64,000 nt of DNA from Patescibacteria group bacterium (GTDB lineage Bacteria; Patescibacteriota; Patescibacteriia; UBA9934; GWF2-40-263). Below are positions 18,474 to 28,592 of the stretch, piece by piece (positions within the stretch are counted from its first letter, which is position 1; each line of letters starts with the position of its first letter). The position numbers and the translations under genes were made by a program. The notes beneath the pieces were generated by a model. The model saw nothing but the letters and a program-made list of their open reading frames with translations. It made no database searches and had not been told where the DNA came from. The stretch spans positions 300,306 through 364,305 of the forward strand of contig JBAZTR010000001.1 in the NCBI GenBank assembly GCA_041661745.1. The letters are read 5' to 3'.

Positions 18474-21400
18474 TTAGAAGGTCAAGGAGTTGCCACGAAC
18501 TGGCAAGGTCTTGAGCAAGGAAGCATATAACTCGGTTGTGGCCGAATCGTCTTCCCAGTTAATCGTACCATCTGTTCCGGCGTGTGCAGAAGAACCAGTG
18601 GCAGAGTTTGCGTTTGTTTCAAGAGTAATACGCAAAGTGTCATCGTTCGAAGCATTAGCGCCGGTCGAAGCCACTGTCATATACAAAGCATATGTGACAG
18701 ATGAGCCAGCCGCAATTGTATCAAGACCTGCGGCGTCTGCATCATCAACAACGATATAGAGAACATCTTCATGACCAGTAGTACAAGCTGCACCAGAAGT
18801 TGTAAAGAATGACCAATCTCCATCAGCGTCAAGAGCTGTTCCAAGATCGGCAATGTCGTACAAGGCCATATCAGGTTCGTCCAAATAAGCCGAGGCAGTT
18901 GTATCGCAAGTGTTCCAGTCTGAAGCACCCTGGTCAGTCGAACTCAAAGCGAAGGTAACTTCGTTTAAGGTAACATAACCACGCGAGTCAGCGGAAACTG
19001 TGAAGTGGAAGACGTCGTTCGCACCGTTATAGACAGCACCAGAAGGTGTGCCAGACGAAGGCGAGATTGTCGGCTTGGTCTTGTAGAGGGTCATTTCGTT
19101 AGAGGCAACCGCAGTATAAGTTACTGTGGTACCGGTAAGAGTTGTACCCGAACCTTGACCAACAGCTGATAGGTCGCCAGCAATCTTAGTCAAAGAGGCA
19201 GCTACTAAAGTTCCGGAAGTCGCACCAGTAGTTGAAACTGCACTTGTGTCAGCAGTAATTGTGACATAAGCACTGGCGTTTTCACCGACATAGAAATCCA
19301 TGCCAGTGAACGTTACTTTACTACCTGTAAAGTAACCAGTCTTTGTTTCGGTTACGCCATCGGAATTGGTGTAAGAGGCAGTCAACAAAGTGGCGACGTT
19401 GTCAGCACCAGAAGTTTCGGTGCCGTCATTACAATCGTTAGCTAGACCATCATAGCTGGTGCCATCAGTGTCGTAGCAGTTGTAGAAGGCCATCTTATCA
19501 ACCACGAAAGCTTCGTTGGCCGAAGTGAATTTGTACTTGGCAATCGACACACCGGTCGAAGAACCAAGAACAATTGTTGACGTCGGCATATCCGAAGCGG
19601 CAGTGATTGTCAAAGTTCCAGAAGCAGCGACTGTAAGAATCGGGACTCCCGGAATGTTAGCGGCAACTGTGTCATGTTCGGTGTCGTCGCTGGTATCAAC
19701 AGTACCACTACCATCAGAGTCATAAGAACCATCAACAGAGTCACCGTCTTCATCCTCGGCAACGAGCAGAGGAACGCCGTTGGTTGTCTGCAGATAGAAC
19801 TTATAAGTATCGCTAGCAGCATCAGTGTCGTCCAAAGCCACGTTGGCCAGGTCGCACTTCATGAGCAACTTTTCAGTTTCACCAGCATCGACCGTCCACG
19901 CAAAGCTCTCAAAAGCAATGGTGTAATCGGCTGTAGCTTCGGTGGCTGAACTGGCTGAAACGCCCTCTGGGCCATCAACCAAAGCGCCGGTCACGCTGTC
20001 ATAAATTGAGCAGGAGCTAATATGATCAGAAGGAACCAGGTCAACGTCAGGAGTATATGTGGCATCAGAATCACCGGCTACCATATATGTAGCTTCGGAA
20101 ATTGTAATGCTCGAGGATTCAGCAGCTGTGAAAGCATAACCAACCACCGGAACCGCGGCAGTACCAATAACATAGGTACCGGCCGACGGGGTGGAAGATT
20201 CATCAACCGTCAAGGACGAGGTTGTGATGGTCATGTAGTAACCAGAGATATCAGCTGTTGGTACGATATCAGTCGAGTTTGTCAAGGCATCGCCATTGGC
20301 GTCCTCGGCAGTAACAAGACTCACGTCAATCGTGGCTCTGACCAAATCAGCATTCAAGTCAGTGTCAGAATCGACATCAACTGTAACCATAAGGTCGAGT
20401 GAATCACCGGCTTGAAGATCTTGATAATCATCAAAGGTCAAAGTCTGGGTTTGGTCATCGGCGTGAGAGGCGGAAGCATTAGTAACGCTAAGTTCTTCCG
20501 GACCCATCCAAACCGTACCATCCGATTCACGAATAGAGATATCGGTGTAGTTGGCACCATCGCTGGTGTTGTTCAACAAATCATCGTCATCGGCGGCATC
20601 GTCAGCACCAGTGCCTATGTTCAAGATGATCGGCAAGTGTTGCAACTGAGTCCAGTTGGCTGAAGTGAGGGTAAATTCCAAGAGAACTTGATCAGCACTA
20701 TCAACCGCGATATCAGTAGATGTAGGACCATTGAAAGCAAAGGTCAAATCACCGCCCTGGATTGTTGACTCAGAACATTGTGTGGAGCAGGAGGCATTAC
20801 CGGTTTCATCGTAACCAGTAACATCAATACCCATGTTAAAGCCATAGATACTACCAATAGCCATAACATCGGCACTTTCTTCGATGGCAACGCTGATAAC
20901 TTCAGCAGATTCACCACCAACATCGGCCTTAACATACAATGTTTGGTCGCCACCTTTTTCAATTACCAACGGTTCGGTAAGAATAAAGGTAACTTTTTTT
21001 CCATCAACTGTTCCTTCTGAGAGAAGGTCGGCGCCATCATAAAGTGTAAAATTGTCGTGATCGCCGGCGTTATCAACATCGAACATGACTTGTTCAAGAG
21101 AAGCGCCTTCGGTGGCCGCGGCAAATTTAACTTTAGCAAGGGTGGCCTGTTCTTGACCGATGGTTGGGTTTGTGATCGAACCATTCTTGGTTACGGTCAA
21201 AGTTCCAGCAACGGTATCAGAAAAGGTCATAGTATTACCGGAAATTGGGAAGTTGCCAGAGACATCGTTATCAGTGACAACATCAGCCGCTTCAACCAAG
21301 GTGAAGTTCACTGTATCACCAGATGCAACCGTGGCCGCAGCTGCGACATCGATGCGAACGGTGAGATATTTGGTTTCGCCATCGGTGAAATCCAAATCCA

Positions 21401-22364
21401 ACGAACCAAAAGTAACTTCACGAGTTGTGGAATTAATGGAGCGGGCATTGGTCAAACGATCAGTTCCCTCATAGAGGTAGGTATTGGAGATGTTGGCTGT
21501 TGCGCCAACGCCACCAAGACGGAAAATCATTTGATCAATTGTGGCCGCACCTTCGGTAGCTGTCACTTTGAAAGTGGCAACTTCCACGGAATCAGCCGAG
21601 GAAGGAATTGTGACTGAAGCCGGGGAATCTGAAGCTAACGAAATTGACAAACCGCCAGTACTCACGCTAATGCCACCCTGTTGGGCAGTGTCAACGAGTT
21701 CAGCGCTCTCGGCAGTTATGGCAGAACCGGTGGTAATACCATCGAGATCAATGCCAGAACCATCAAGAACCAAACGAGTCTGGAAGTTGTTGTCGCTCAT
21801 GGCATCGATAAGGTGCTTTTCACCGTCCCAGATCAGGTAGGTGTCAGAACCGTCTTTCACTAACGCGCCTTCGTAGGCATCGCTAGCGCTCATGAGAGAA
21901 GTACCAACTGTGTAATCGACAAAGAATGTATCAGAGACGTCGTCAATGAAAGCATTCCAGTCGGCGCCGGCCAAACCTTCGGCAACATCCTCGGTTTCAA
22001 TCCAGCGGATTGTACCATCGGGTGTTGGGGCGTAGGTCTTCGGATCGCTTTGAATTTTAATCCAATGTGAACCTGGGCGATATACGATGTTTCCAGCCAA
22101 CGGGATAGCCGCCAAAGCGGAATCGGAGATGGTTTCAACATCGCTGAAATCAGCGTACCAGGAGAAATAGGTTTTTTCGTTCGGGAAAGCGTAACGGGAG
22201 CCATCGCCACCATAATAATAAACGGTGGAAAGGGTTGTACCCTTGATGACGTCACCAGCGGAGGCCGCGTGTGCTGTCATTGGGAGGTTGGCAATGCCGA
22301 CTGACCAGACAATGGTCAAAACGGCTACTGCACCCGTAAACGCCTTTTTAAAAGCATTTTTCAT
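18474..22364 (-). CDS. giant secreted surface protein, ~1296 aa, Thr/Ser/Asp/Gly-rich with repetitive beta-sandwich-like segments
   Basis: Real start MKNAFKKAFTGAVAVLTIVWSVGIANLPMTAHA (signal peptide; ATG at 22362-22364). Long low-complexity T/S/D/A/G-rich repeats; host-like mixed GC3. Confidence 0.6.
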   Translation of the reverse strand: MKNAFKKAFTGAVAVLTIVWSVGIANLPMTAHAASAGDVIKGTTLSTVYYYGGDGSRYAFPNEKTYFSWYADFSDVETISDSALAAIPLAGNIVYRPGSHWIKIQSDPKTYAPTPDGTIRWIETEDVAEGLAGADWNAFIDDVSDTFFVDYTVGTSLMSASDAYEGALVKDGSDTYLIWDGEKHLIDAMSDNNFQTRLVLDGSGIDLDGITTGSAITAESAELVDTAQQGGISVSTGGLSISLASDSPASVTIPSSADSVEVATFKVTATEGAATIDQMIFRLGGVGATANISNTYLYEGTDRLTNARSINSTTREVTFGSLDLDFTDGETKYLTVRIDVAAAATVASGDTVNFTLVEAADVVTDNDVSGNFPISGNTMTFSDTVAGTLTVTKNGSITNPTIGQEQATLAKVKFAAATEGASLEQVMFDVDNAGDHDNFTLYDGADLLSEGTVDGKKVTFILTEPLVIEKGGDQTLYVKADVGGESAEVISVAIEESADVMAIGSIYGFNMGIDVTGYDETGNASCSTQCSESTIQGGDLTFAFNGPTSTDIAVDSADQVLLEFTLTSANWTQLQHLPIILNIGTGADDAADDDDLLNNTSDGANYTDISIRESDGTVWMGPEELSVTNASASHADDQTQTLTFDDYQDLQAGDSLDLMVTVDVDSDTDLNADLVRATIDVSLVTAEDANGDALTNSTDIVPTADISGYYMTITTSSLTVDESSTPSAGTYVIGTAAVPVVGYAFTAAESSSITISEATYMVAGDSDATYTPDVDLVPSDHISSCSIYDSVTGALVDGPEGVSASSATEATADYTIAFESFAWTVDAGETEKLLMKCDLANVALDDTDAASDTYKFYLQTTNGVPLLVAEDEDGDSVDGSYDSDGSGTVDTSDDTEHDTVAANIPGVPILTVAASGTLTITAASDMPTSTIVLGSSTGVSIAKYKFTSANEAFVVDKMAFYNCYDTDGTSYDGLANDCNDGTETSGADNVATLLTASYTNSDGVTETKTGYFTGSKVTFTGMDFYVGENASAYVTITADTSAVSTTGATSGTLVAASLTKIAGDLSAVGQGSGTTLTGTTVTYTAVASNEMTLYKTKPTISPSSGTPSGAVYNGANDVFHFTVSADSRGYVTLNEVTFALSSTDQGASDWNTCDTTASAYLDEPDMALYDIADLGTALDADGDWSFFTTSGAACTTGHEDVLYIVVDDADAAGLDTIAAGSSVTYALYMTVASTGANASNDDTLRITLETNANSATGSSAHAGTDGTINWEDDSATTELYASLLKTLPVRGNSLTF

Positions 22365-22573
22365 AATTATTTTCGAACTCCATTTTATTGAGCGCGGGAG
22401 CACGCGCCATTTGCCATGCACCGTATGGTGCATGGGTTGCGGCAATTATTTCACGTCATGGCCCCAGCCGTTGGTTCAACCTTTGCCAGTGACGCATTTT
22501 AGATTGGTTGCGAGGTGAAAAAACACCTCTCCGCAGATTCCCTTTTTTAGAATCTGCCGAGAATTGTCTTTAT

Positions 22574-23593
22574 TTAGTTCGTTGTTGTCACCATGATTTC
22601 CAGATCAGCCACAACCGTTTCAGCGTTGGTGAGAATAATTTTCATTTCAGAAATTTTTTCGAAAACCGATCGGTAACCACCAGCCGCGAAGACCTCGGAT
22701 AAAGCTTGAATTTTCTCAGAAAAATCTTTTATGGCGGTTTTTGTAATTTTAATCGTATTATTGATATCGTCGGTCATGGCATTATTACTATTTAAGGTTG
22801 TCTCGATTCTCGACAGTCTAATACTCAGCATGTCGACGCGATTACGAATGTCGAAAGTATCTTTTTGAAAAGCGGTGTCAAGATACTCAGCTGTTTCTTG
22901 CTCTGGTTGTTCTTCGTGCTCAGTAACCACAGTTTCCGTAACCTGTTCTTGGGCTTCAACCACCACTGCAGTAACTTCGGTCACATCCTCGGACGACTGT
23001 CCAATGACTGCGGAATATTCCTCAGCCTTGCGATCAACTGCCTCGGCTAATTCAGTAACGGCTTGCGCGCCTTCGGCCGAAGAAACATTTTTTAACTCAT
23101 CAGTCACTGAAACGACTTCTGTTCTGAAACTATCGACAGCTGTTTTCATTAATTCTTCCTTATTAGAACGACTGGACAAAGAAATATCCATGGCTTCATC
23201 CAAACGGCGGCCGGCAAATTCAGCATGCAAACGAGCTCGCTGTTCGCTAGTGGCAGTAAGTATAAGCTGAGTGCGCTCGGTAGCCATTTTAACCGGATAA
23301 AGTAAATCGCCCGGCACACTGGCTAAAGAAACATTTACCGCTCCGACCCAACCAGACACAACAAGAACAAAAATTGAAGCAAGCGCCCCGGCTGGTTTTA
23401 ACACAACTCTGGATCCAATGTGACTGATATATTCGGTGTAGTCGTGCCAAGTTAAATTAGTTTCACTGAAATCTTTTTCAAAGTCGTATTTTTCAACAAA
23501 TTTACCCCAGCTCTTTTTTACGTCAAAACCCCCGCCAAGGTCGGGGTCATTCTTTAAACTCTTAATAAGTTTTATTACTTCTCGGTTTGTCAC
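22574..23593 (-). CDS. membrane-anchored DUF5667-like protein (putative anti-sigma/partner of the ECF sigma)
   Basis: 339 aa, one TM near residue 70, an acidic coiled-coil C-terminal half; translationally coupled (4-nt overlap) to the upstream ECF sigma gene. Confidence 0.5.
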   Translation of the reverse strand: MTNREVIKLIKSLKNDPDLGGGFDVKKSWGKFVEKYDFEKDFSETNLTWHDYTEYISHIGSRVVLKPAGALASIFVLVVSGWVGAVNVSLASVPGDLLYPVKMATERTQLILTATSEQRARLHAEFAGRRLDEAMDISLSSRSNKEELMKTAVDSFRTEVVSVTDELKNVSSAEGAQAVTELAEAVDRKAEEYSAVIGQSSEDVTEVTAVVVEAQEQVTETVVTEHEEQPEQETAEYLDTAFQKDTFDIRNRVDMLSIRLSRIETTLNSNNAMTDDINNTIKITKTAIKDFSEKIQALSEVFAAGGYRSVFEKISEMKIILTNAETVVADLEIMVTTTN

Positions 23594-24117
23594 AATTTTT
23601 TTTCAAATTTGGCGCGAAGTTTTTTTGTGGCGCGATGAATCAACATTCGTGTCGCGCTTTCTGATTTTTGTATATGATCGGCTACTTCGCTTATCGTTTT
23701 TCCTTCAAAGAATCGCAAGGTCAAAGCCAACCGGGTTTCTTCATCCGTTTCACCAAGTGCTCTCTTAATCAGGGCAATGTCCCCTAAGGTTTCAGAGGTT
23801 TCATCCTTACTAGCTACATCCTCTTCAATTGAGGTCGTTTCAATCCGTTTAGTTCGATAGAACTCCGAGACTACGCCGCGAGCTATGGTGAAGATTAGAC
23901 CGGAGACCTTTTCAACCTCCGACGAAGTCAGGTAATTCCAGGTTCGAAGGAAGGTCGTGGACAAGGCGTCTTCGGCGTCTTCACGAGCGGGAAGCTTTGT
24001 TAAAAGAAAACGATGAACGGCTGAGGCATGCTGTTCATAGATTTTTGCGAAGGCTTTTTCGTCTCGCCGGGTTCTGATCTTAAAGAGGAGTATTTTCTCT
24101 TGCATGCTCACAGACAA
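23590..24117 (-). CDS. ECF-type RNA polymerase sigma-70 factor
   Basis: 175 aa; region 2 (FLRTWNYL...) and region 4 HTH (ISEVADHIQKSESATRMLIHRATKKLR). Confidence 0.75.
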   Translation of the reverse strand: MSVSMQEKILLFKIRTRRDEKAFAKIYEQHASAVHRFLLTKLPAREDAEDALSTTFLRTWNYLTSSEVEKVSGLIFTIARGVVSEFYRTKRIETTSIEEDVASKDETSETLGDIALIKRALGETDEETRLALTLRFFEGKTISEVADHIQKSESATRMLIHRATKKLRAKFEKKL

Positions 24118-24247
24118 GGTCGTGAGTTAGTTAATAAAACGTCACTAAGTGACACGATGATACACTTTTTTTGGCCAAGATAACAGAAGAAATCTACCAG
24201 AAACTGTGGAAAAGATCAAGGGTTACAACTAAGTTTTTATGGGCTAT

Positions 24248-24276
24248 TTGACAAAACAAAAAAATCTGGCTACACT
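24248..24276 (+). promoter_or_regulatory. sigma70-like promoter TTGACA-N17-TACACT driving the small HTH gene
   Basis: Consensus -35 at 24248-24253, 17-nt spacer, -10 TACACT at 24271-24276, about 30 nt before the ATG at 24306. Confidence 0.5.
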
Positions 24277-24305
24277 GGTGTGGACAAATACTTAAATTAC
24301 TCAAT

Positions 24306-24620
24306 ATGGCATTAAACTCGGTTATTCGTCTTTCCGTCTCGGAAGCTGCCCGCATGTTTGGGGTCAGCCAGCGCACCATTCGCCGAGCAATCGCCGAACA
24401 AGCTGTTACTTATGTGGTTGTCCAGGGTCGGTACAAGATCAATTTCGAGTCACTTTTAAAATGGTCGCAAGATACCACCACAGTTAAAAACAAACGCGAC
24501 AACAAAGGCTTGGGACAATACGTGGTACAATGGAGGATAAAGAATAAATTATTTTCTCCGAACCCAAAGGTTTTGGATGAAAATTTAGGGGAACCGCGTG
24601 AGGGCATTGATGGGCATTAA
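24306..24620 (+). CDS. small helix-turn-helix DNA-binding protein (excisionase/MerR-like HTH_17 class)
   Basis: LSVSEAARMFGVSQRTIRRAIAEQ is a classic HTH; 104 aa. Confidence 0.5.
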   Translation: MALNSVIRLSVSEAARMFGVSQRTIRRAIAEQAVTYVVVQGRYKINFESLLKWSQDTTTVKNKRDNKGLGQYVVQWRIKNKLFSPNPKVLDENLGEPREGIDGH

Positions 24621-24634
24621 GGCGCTAAGGCTTT

Positions 24635-26611
24635 GTGAAAAAAATCCTAATAACAATTTTCATAGCAACACTTCTCTTCCCGTTTGGTTCAAGTGCGGAA
24701 ACCGCCGCTGATAAATATCCGCGCACTGCCAATTATTATTTAATGTCTGGTAGTGCCTTGGAGGGTGAGACGGCAATAGCAACTTTGTCGTCTTTTGATT
24801 TACTAGTTTTGCCGGCTGAAGCACAGCTTTATAACAAAACTTTTTTTACCGAGGCCCGCAAACGAAATCCCGACATAATTATTTTGGCCTATGTTCCATC
24901 GGTCAGTTATAACAATCTTTATTGGAACGACGCTCTTCATAAGGGTTTAAAATCAGGTATTCAAAGTTCGTGGTGGCTTAAAAATTCAAGCGGCAACAAT
25001 ATCAGCATTTGGCCTGGAACAAGTGCCTTAAATTTAACTTCCGGTTGGACTGAATATTTGGCCGGTTACGCCGCAACTTCGGTTTATGGAAGCGGGCTTT
25101 GGGATGGAATATTTTTTGATGAAGTAAACGATTCGGCACCGAGTGGTAGTACGATTACCAACAGTCAGTGGGCCGATGGTTATGCCAAACTTTTTAAAAC
25201 AACTCGAACCATGATTGGCCCTGACGCGATTATTATTACCAACGGCAGTTCAAACTCAGCTTTCTACAATTATATTAACGGCCGTATGTTTGAGTCGTTC
25301 CCCACTCCATGGGAAGGTAACGGTGATTGGGATACCGTGGAAAAAAATTATTTAGCTATGGAGGGAGCGGTTGGTTACGATTCGATTTTTTTCCTTAATG
25401 GCAATACCAACAACACCGGCGAACAAAACGATTATCAAACCGTTCGTTTTGGTTTGACTTCATCCTTACTTGGTGGTGCCTACTTCGGCTTTGACTATGG
25501 AACAGAAAGCCATGCTCAACTTTGGGAATACGATGAGTATGATGCCTACTTGGGTGAACCCAAAGGCGAACCAGAAGATTTAATTGATTCGGATAACACC
25601 ACAATAAAAGATAGTGTCTGGGCCAGAGATTTTACCAACGGCAAAGTTGTAGTCAACGCCACGAACCAAACACAAACGGTAAATCTTGATGGTGAATATG
25701 AAAAGCTTCACGGCACACAAGATCCAAATATTAACAACGGGGCCATCGTGTCACGGGTTACCTTACCGGCCGAAGATGGATTGGTACTTCTCCGCCCCAT
25801 CGAGGAGATAAACAATACTGCTTATACCAACGGCGCCTTTGCTCGCATTTACGATGCCAAAGGAAACATGAAACGGGCCGGCTTTTTTGCCTACGATTCT
25901 GATTATCTTGGTGGTCAAACCGTAGTTAATTATGACATTGATGATGATGGAAAACTCGAAACAATTACCGCCGACAAAACCGAAGTTGTAATTTACGAAG
26001 ATGACGGTTCACAACACGCCGCCTTTTGTCCGTTCACCGAAAATTATGAATTAGGTATCAATTTATCGGTTGGTGATTTAGAAGACGATGGCTCAGCCGA
26101 AATTGTTACCGGGACTGAATACGGGGCCGGTCCGCAAATTAGAATATTTAATAAGGACGGGGTGTTAATAAACCCCGGTTTCTTTGCTTATGACTCGGCC
26201 TTCCGCGGTGGTGTTCATGTGACTTTGGGAGACGTTAATGGTGATGGCAACTTGGAAATTATTGCCGGCGCTGGAAAATCTGGTGGGCCACACGTGCGAA
26301 TTTTTAATAAAAACGGAGTTCTAATTAACCCGGGATTCTTTGCCTATGGCCAAGCTTTCCGCGGTGGGGTTTATGTCGGCTCGGGCGATGTTGACGGCGA
26401 TGGTCAAATTGAAATAGTCACCGGCGCTGGTCCGAGCGGCGGGCCGCATGTTCGGGTGTATAATTACAATGGAGTTCTGAAAAATGAATTTTTTACCGGT
26501 TCGGCTTTTGACAAAACCGGAGTAAAAATTACAGTAGCCGATGTCGATGACGACGGGATTGATGAAATCATAACTTTAAGTGAAGACGTTTTCACCTTCT
26601 CTTCGTTTTAA
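24635..26611 (+). CDS. secreted protein with an N-terminal carbohydrate-active-like domain and C-terminal FG-GAP repeats
   Basis: Signal peptide; C-terminal GDxxxDGxxEIVTGxxxGxGPxIRIFN repeats (x5), paralogous to those of the S8 peptidase. Confidence 0.6.
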   Translation: MKKILITIFIATLLFPFGSSAETAADKYPRTANYYLMSGSALEGETAIATLSSFDLLVLPAEAQLYNKTFFTEARKRNPDIIILAYVPSVSYNNLYWNDALHKGLKSGIQSSWWLKNSSGNNISIWPGTSALNLTSGWTEYLAGYAATSVYGSGLWDGIFFDEVNDSAPSGSTITNSQWADGYAKLFKTTRTMIGPDAIIITNGSSNSAFYNYINGRMFESFPTPWEGNGDWDTVEKNYLAMEGAVGYDSIFFLNGNTNNTGEQNDYQTVRFGLTSSLLGGAYFGFDYGTESHAQLWEYDEYDAYLGEPKGEPEDLIDSDNTTIKDSVWARDFTNGKVVVNATNQTQTVNLDGEYEKLHGTQDPNINNGAIVSRVTLPAEDGLVLLRPIEEINNTAYTNGAFARIYDAKGNMKRAGFFAYDSDYLGGQTVVNYDIDDDGKLETITADKTEVVIYEDDGSQHAAFCPFTENYELGINLSVGDLEDDGSAEIVTGTEYGAGPQIRIFNKDGVLINPGFFAYDSAFRGGVHVTLGDVNGDGNLEIIAGAGKSGGPHVRIFNKNGVLINPGFFAYGQAFRGGVYVGSGDVDGDGQIEIVTGAGPSGGPHVRVYNYNGVLKNEFFTGSAFDKTGVKITVADVDDDGIDEIITLSEDVFTFSSF

Positions 26612-26612
26612 G

Positions 26613-26659
26613 CCCTCTCCTCTTATCCTCCCCCATCGTGGCGATGAGGGAGGAAGAAC
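26613..26659. repeat. C-rich hairpin repeat, family 1b (ccctctcc...tcctcccccatcgtggcgatgagggagga)
   Basis: Inverted repeat immediately after the stop codon. An inverted copy is at 55503-55547. Confidence 0.6.
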
Positions 26660-26672
26660 TATTTAAAAATTT

Positions 26673-28487
26673 ATGGAAACTTTAGGCGAACAAATAAAAC
26701 ACGGTCTAGCTCACAACGCGACCACTCCACCGCACACGGCGTTGGAATATTTTGTGCGCTTATTAACACATCCAGGCCGCGTTATCTTAACACCGTTTTA
26801 TCGCCATATTGAAAAACGTTATGTTAAGGTTGAAAAATTTGAAGCAAAATTTCTGATAATCGACCTGGTTCTTTTATTGGTCGCTTTGGGAATCGCCGGC
26901 ACAGTTATCGGCTGGTTTATTTGGCACAACAAAATTGAAAACCAAATTTTCTTTGAAGCGCAAATTGCCCCAACGGAAATTGTTTCCGGCGCGCCTTCGA
27001 CTTTGGTTTTGCGCTACACCAATGGCACTGGTCAAGAATTAAAAAATGTTTATTTAAACCTTTCTTATCCGGCTCACTTTACTCTGCAGGAATTGGCCAA
27101 CGGCGAAACGCCGGTTGAAAACAATGCGATTGCTCTGGGCAACTTGTCGCCCGATGCTGTTGGCTCGGTAAAGATTCGCGGCATTATGTTTGGTGATGTT
27201 GGCGGCGAACAAGTTTTTGAAGCCAAAATGACTTTTACCTATGGCGAAAAAAATCGCCAGGGCGAAAAAATTTCTCGTCATGCTTTTTCACCAACCCGTT
27301 CGGTCTTAGCCTTGTCGCTCGAGATACCAGAAAAAATCGTGGCTGGTCAAAATTTTACCGGTCAAATTGTTTATAAAAATACCGGCGAATTTGCTTTGCC
27401 GCAAATCAAAGTCCAACCCGAGTGGCCGGACAATTTTGGCTTTGTCTCGCTTTCCCCAAGCAATTGGACCGTCCCAACTGTGGCCGCTGGTGAAGAAGGC
27501 CGTCTTACTTTTGTCGGCGCGCCAGCCGCCGGGGCGGAAAAATTATCATTAGTGTTTGTTCCTTCGTTTGTTTTTGGGGCTGATGAATATAAGCAAGAAA
27601 CCTTAAAACAAGACATCGCCGTAGTTCAACCGCAAATTAAAGTCAGTCACAGTATTGAGGCAACCTCGGTTAGTCCGGGCAACACGCTTAAAGCCGTAAT
27701 TAAATACGAAAACATTGAGGACACCCCAATTTATAATGTAAAAATTTCCCTTTCCTCCAACAGTCCGTTTGCTGGTTCGGCTACCGAAACGATCGTTGGC
27801 ACACTGGCTGGTCATACTTCAGGCGAAACCGAAGTTACAATAAAACTTCGTCCGTCAATTGCTCAAAGCGAAACTTCAATCTACGAACATTTAAATCTCG
27901 ATTCTCGCGCAACAGCTTTTTACACAATCGAGGGCACTCCCTTATCGTCGTTTATTCCTGTTTACGGAACAAAACTTGAAACTCCTATAACCACCCCTAT
28001 CGTTTTTCATTCGTCTGGCCGCTATGCCACCGAACGTGGTGATCAGCTTGGTCGCGGTCCCTTACCACCAATTGTTGGCGAGGAAACAAAATATTGGATC
28101 TTTTGGAACATCTCCGGCACAACAAATGAAATCAACAATCTTTCCATCACCGGTGAACTACCGGCCAATGTTGCTTTCACCGGCCGCCAAACCGTTTCCA
28201 CCGGCTCGGCTGTAACCTACGATGAGACAACAAAAACCGTCAGTTGGAAAACCAGCAAGATTACCCCAAGTTTTTCGCCATCGGCAAAAATAATCGGTGC
28301 GGCCTTTGAGGTGGCGATTATCCCTTCAGAAAATCAGGTCGGAACCTCGCCTACCCTTATTTCTAATGTTTTGCTCTCCGGAACCGATGACTGGACCGGG
28401 GCCTGGGTTACCGCGGCCGGCAATTATGTCACCACCAACCTGCCTGGCGACCTCTTGGCCAATGGCCTTGGTGTGGTCATAAAATAG
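26673..28487 (+). CDS. membrane-anchored hypothetical protein with repeated beta-sandwich-like domains
   Basis: 604 aa, N-terminal TM (LIIDLVLLLVALGIAGTVIGWFIW), no catalytic motif. Confidence 0.45.
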   Translation: METLGEQIKHGLAHNATTPPHTALEYFVRLLTHPGRVILTPFYRHIEKRYVKVEKFEAKFLIIDLVLLLVALGIAGTVIGWFIWHNKIENQIFFEAQIAPTEIVSGAPSTLVLRYTNGTGQELKNVYLNLSYPAHFTLQELANGETPVENNAIALGNLSPDAVGSVKIRGIMFGDVGGEQVFEAKMTFTYGEKNRQGEKISRHAFSPTRSVLALSLEIPEKIVAGQNFTGQIVYKNTGEFALPQIKVQPEWPDNFGFVSLSPSNWTVPTVAAGEEGRLTFVGAPAAGAEKLSLVFVPSFVFGADEYKQETLKQDIAVVQPQIKVSHSIEATSVSPGNTLKAVIKYENIEDTPIYNVKISLSSNSPFAGSATETIVGTLAGHTSGETEVTIKLRPSIAQSETSIYEHLNLDSRATAFYTIEGTPLSSFIPVYGTKLETPITTPIVFHSSGRYATERGDQLGRGPLPPIVGEETKYWIFWNISGTTNEINNLSITGELPANVAFTGRQTVSTGSAVTYDETTKTVSWKTSKITPSFSPSAKIIGAAFEVAIIPSENQVGTSPTLISNVLLSGTDDWTGAWVTAAGNYVTTNLPGDLLANGLGVVIK

Positions 28488-28551
28488 AGCTTTCGGCCTT
28501 TAAAAAGCCTTAATTTTGACCTTAAAAGTTATCCACAATGTTCAGATTCTA

Positions 28552-28580
28552 CCATTGACAAAGTGGCTATTTTCTGCTAT
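28552..28580 (+). promoter_or_regulatory. sigma70-like promoter TTGACA-N17-TATACT upstream of the GT4 gene
   Basis: ccattgacaaagtggctattttctgctatacttagc, about 12 nt before the ATG at 28593. Confidence 0.5.
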
Positions 28581-28592
28581 ACTTAGCTGTTT

